Positions 25,439-28,258 of a stretch of 28,258 nucleotides of DNA are shown here, piece after piece. The notes beneath the pieces are model-generated. The model saw nothing but the letters and a program-made list of their open reading frames with translations. It ran no database searches and had not been told where the DNA came from. Source of the stretch: a virus. Lineage: Duplodnaviria; Caudoviricetes. Every line of letters begins with the position of its first letter. Position 1 is the stretch's first letter. The position numbers and the translations under genes were made by a program. Location: the IMG/VR virus record IMGVR_UViG_3300005805_000352, positions 1 to 28,258 of that record, one strand, 5' to 3'.

Positions 25439-25891
25439 TTACCGCCTCTTGCGAATCTTGCCGAACTTATTCTTCTTCTTGGGCTTCTTGTTGCGGATCT
25501 TGACTCTTGGATAGTCTCCATCAGCACCGCCAAGATCCATCATCTTTTGTCCAGCATGTGATGCAAGTTCTCGCGTCAATGTCTTGCGAATCTTGCCAAT
25601 GCTGCCCTTCTTGGCATTCATCGGGCTACGGGCATAGGCAAAGCAACCATGTCCAATGCAGCGTGAAATGAACTTTCCGACTCTCTTTGCAAAGTCAACA
25701 AGACCTTCATCAAGTTCCTGTGGACCACCTATGATCTTTGCATCGGGAACGGTTGCCTTTGCTGCCTTTATTGCATCTGTCTGATTGATGGCATTGACAG
25801 TGAGCCTACGGAGATTCCTGCCCATCTCATTGGGCATTCTGTATTTCACGACATAGACTCTCTCGTTTGATGCTCGTTCCTTGTTGTTCAT
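25439..25891 (-). CDS. Basic hypothetical protein, probable internal head protein
   Basis: QELDEG motif and a K/R-rich tail. Confidence 0.6.
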   Translation of the reverse strand: MNNKERASNERVYVVKYRMPNEMGRNLRRLTVNAINQTDAIKAAKATVPDAKIIGGPQELDEGLVDFAKRVGKFISRCIGHGCFAYARSPMNAKKGSIGKIRKTLTRELASHAGQKMMDLGGADGDYPRVKIRNKKPKKKNKFGKIRKRR

Positions 25892-25892
25892 T

Positions 25893-26459
25893 TCATAGTC
25901 CTAGCATTGGTGGTTGATCGCCATTGTTCAGTCTTGAAAGATCAATCTTTCTTGAGGTGGCGGGTTTGAAGGAGTTTATGGTAGGCTCCCTATTTGTTTC
26001 TTTACTGTCTTCCTGCAAGGGGGAAGGTACGGATGGAGGGGTTTTGAATCTTTCCTTGCCGTTCAGCACCTGATTCACGGCAGAAGCCTTCTTTGGGGTG
26101 AATCTGGGCTTCTCTGTGGGCTTCTGGATTTGTTCCACAACCGTTTCCTTGTTGGGATCGTCCTTGGGATGGGTACGGACTCCCATAGCCCCCCGTGGCA
26201 CACCAAACTTCTTTTCTATTGATTCTGAAAGTTTCTTGAAGGTCGTGTTCTCTGGCAGATGCGCTGCGCCAAGTCTTTTGATGTTGTCATTCGATGTGAA
26301 CTTGTGCTTCATGGCTTGATAAGTTCCTTCATCCTCGAAAATGTGCAAGATTGCCGTATTGTCATTGTAGAGAGTGAATAGAGTATACTTTCCAGAGATA
26401 TCTGGATCATTGGATTCGATCAATATCCGTGAGATACTTGATGATAAAGAGTTTGACAT
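25893..26459 (-). CDS. Hypothetical late protein, probable internal head protein
   Basis: ATAAATA (26483-26489) and a GGAGG SD. N-terminal RILIES motif. Confidence 0.65.
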   Translation of the reverse strand: MSNSLSSSISRILIESNDPDISGKYTLFTLYNDNTAILHIFEDEGTYQAMKHKFTSNDNIKRLGAAHLPENTTFKKLSESIEKKFGVPRGAMGVRTHPKDDPNKETVVEQIQKPTEKPRFTPKKASAVNQVLNGKERFKTPPSVPSPLQEDSKETNREPTINSFKPATSRKIDLSRLNNGDQPPMLGL

Positions 26460-26490
26460 GTTATCTGAAACCTCCTGTACACTATTTATG

Positions 26491-26525
26491 AAACGACAAG
26501 GGGAGGATTTCTCCTCCCCTTTCGT
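26491..26525 (-). terminator. Terminator hairpin
   Basis: Minus strand AAGGGGAGGA-GAAA-TCCTCCCCTT, followed by GTCGTTT. Confidence 0.7.
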
Positions 26526-26555
26526 GCATTCTTGTACCCAAGTGTGCCTAATGTA

Positions 26556-27089
26556 TCAGTCGAGTAGTTCTGCTAGTTCGTCTGAGATCTCGCCTGTCTC
26601 GGCAAAGTCTGCTAGAATCTCAGCAAGACCTTCCTCGCCATAGAGTTCGATTCCCTCTGCGAGAATCTCATCGATGAGGTCGAAATCCTCTTCCTCTGAG
26701 AGCGAAGGAACCGATTGGCTGTTGAGCCACTTGGCTAGATCCATTGCGTTCATTGCTCCACCGATGCTGCGATCTCCCCACTGAACGGGATTGTTAATGC
26801 CACCGCCACCTGCTCCACCGCCAGATGACCTGGCAGTTAGGGCTGCTGATGGTTTGGACATCTTTGCGGGTGCCTTTGATACGGGTGCAGAGGAGGGCTT
26901 GACAGTCTTGCTAGGCTTTGGCTTTGGGGTCGATACGACCTTCTTTCCTGCAACCTTGGCGACTCCTGCCTGTCCTGCTGTCTTCTTGCCCTGCCTTGAT
27001 AGCCATAGGCTGTCCGTTTCCTCTAGTGGAGAAACGGCTGTTTGTATGGATTCTATCAGTGACAAATATGCATTTCTGTTTATAGACAT
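26556..27089 (-). CDS. Low-complexity late protein, probable internal head/scaffold-type protein
   Basis: SLIES and PLEE near the N-terminus, a K/P/S/G-rich centre and an acidic C-terminal domain. Upstream CTAAATA at 27160-27166. Confidence 0.65.
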   Translation of the reverse strand: MSINRNAYLSLIESIQTAVSPLEETDSLWLSRQGKKTAGQAGVAKVAGKKVVSTPKPKPSKTVKPSSAPVSKAPAKMSKPSAALTARSSGGGAGGGGINNPVQWGDRSIGGAMNAMDLAKWLNSQSVPSLSEEEDFDLIDEILAEGIELYGEEGLAEILADFAETGEISDELAELLD

Positions 27090-27158
27090 TGTCTGTACCT
27101 TTCGTAGTTTCGAAACTTTGTTTTTCCCAACAGGTTCTAGAATGTTGGGTGACTATTC

Positions 27159-27284
27159 CTATTTAGTCTTTTGATTTCTTGCATTGCAACCAGCATGGTT
27201 CTTCTTGCGGTTCAATGTCTTGATGAACATCTGATGCTTGAGGTCGCGGATTCTTGCTCTTGCTGGTGTCTTCACTTTTGCCAT
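27159..27284 (-). CDS. 41-aa basic protein (absent from the ORF track)
   Basis: AGGAG SD, then MAKVKTPARARIRDLKHQMFIKTLNRKKNHAGCNARNQKTK*. Confidence 0.65.
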   Translation of the reverse strand: MAKVKTPARARIRDLKHQMFIKTLNRKKNHAGCNARNQKTK

Positions 27285-27299
27285 GATGTAGTCTCCTGT

Positions 27300-28256
27300 T
27301 TACTTTCTTCTAGTCTTGAGTTGACCGGTTCTCTTGAGGTAGTTATAGCGAGGACGCATACCTTCCTGGTTGTTCTGTCCAAAGTCACCGCTGCGCTCAC
27401 GGTTTCTGAAATCACGCATTGCTGCCTGAGCCTCGCGCTTCTTGGCAACCTGAGCAGGAGTCATCTGTGGCTTCTCACCACGCAGCCTTCTTGTTGCTGC
27501 GGGAACGGTTCCAATACCTGTGTCTCGCGAAACTCCCCAATCGCGTTTTAGGTTGCGGAAGTTTGCAATACCCTTATCGCGCTGATTGGCAAGTTGTCCT
27601 GCCCTCTTGGTGTATTTGCCGCTCTTGCCGATGCGACTTCCGCCACCACGGACTGCATCATCCGATGCACCTCCGCGACGAGCCATGCTTGCAGCAACTT
27701 GGGCTTCTAGTTCTGCTGCTGCCCTACCAAGTTTGCCGTGCTTGTTGACAAGACGGTTCAACTCAATGTCTTGCCTTGCAGTCTGTGGATTCATCTTGCG
27801 GGCTGCTTGTTCTGCCTTGTACTTTGCCTTCTGGACTCTCCTCAATTTTCGGTATTTACCCTCATCCAACTGCTCGGCTTCATTAACTCTCCTCCTTCTA
27901 ACTCCCACCATCATCGCTCCCGCACCAAGGGCTGCCCCAACCCCTGCCCTAAATGAGGGAGATTCCTTGTGTGATGCCAGTCCTACTTTGTCAGTTAGAG
28001 AGGTTCTTACAGGATTTGAAGACATGTGATCTCGCACATGAGGAGCAGCAACGCCAGCACCAGCACCGACAGCAGCACCAACTAATGCTGCACCAATCTT
28101 CTTCTTGTGTTTTTTTAACAAATGTATTATCTCATCCAACTGCTCGGCTTCAGCAAGACCCTTTGCCATGTTCCATGAGCGACCGTACATGACTTGTTTC
28201 CAATCCTTGCCGTACTGCTTCTTGAAGGATGCCTTGACCTTGGGATCGGATGCCCA
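27300..28256 (-). CDS. Modular basic internal head protein, 5'-truncated by the window edge
   Basis: The frame stays open past 28190 to the edge (...KASFKKQYGKDWKQVMYGRSWNMAK...). It has two EAEQLDE linkers and an R/K-rich C-terminus. Confidence 0.7.
   Translation of the reverse strand, partial: WASDPKVKASFKKQYGKDWKQVMYGRSWNMAKGLAEAEQLDEIIHLLKKHKKKIGAALVGAAVGAGAGVAAPHVRDHMSSNPVRTSLTDKVGLASHKESPSFRAGVGAALGAGAMMVGVRRRRVNEAEQLDEGKYRKLRRVQKAKYKAEQAARKMNPQTARQDIELNRLVNKHGKLGRAAAELEAQVAASMARRGGASDDAVRGGGSRIGKSGKYTKRAGQLANQRDKGIANFRNLKRDWGVSRDTGIGTVPAATRRLRGEKPQMTPAQVAKKREAQAAMRDFRNRERSGDFGQNNQEGMRPRYNYLKRTGQLKTRRK
27861..28152. repeat. 22-bp perfect direct repeat, 270 bp apart
   Basis: CTCATCCAACTGCTCGGCTTCA at 27861-27882 and 28131-28152. 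It encodes EAEQLDE on the minus strand. Confidence 0.9.
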
Positions 28257-28258
28257 AT

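Noticed and set aside
1-28258. Stop-codon reassignment, introns or inteins
   Set aside because: Genes tile the window densely in the standard code, and nrdJ, gp32 and the nucleases look uninterrupted and of normal length.

Overview
The window is a fragment of a T4-like (Tevenvirinae/Kyanoviridae-like) myophage genome read in the standard genetic code. It carries gp33, gp32, a PD-(D/E)XK exonuclease, a RuvC-like resolvase and T4-type late promoters (TATAAATA and variants). Left to right it contains: (1) a tail-fibre/adhesin cluster with a collagen-repeat gene, three genes with Mtd-N-like N-termini, and a DUF285/BspA-type repeat protein; (2) a class II B12-dependent ribonucleotide reductase; (3) an unusual accessory block of a tandem cohesin-like protein, a signal-peptide outer-membrane beta-barrel, a hairpin-dense intergenic region and a glycosyltransferase; (4) a minus-strand late operon of probable virion proteins; (5) gp33 and gp32 followed by a candidate ~150-nt structured ncRNA; (6) small late genes including a possible unimolecular spanin; (7) a minus-strand cluster of probable internal head proteins with (I/L)-X-E motifs. 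All family assignments come from motif recognition by eye, not from database searches.
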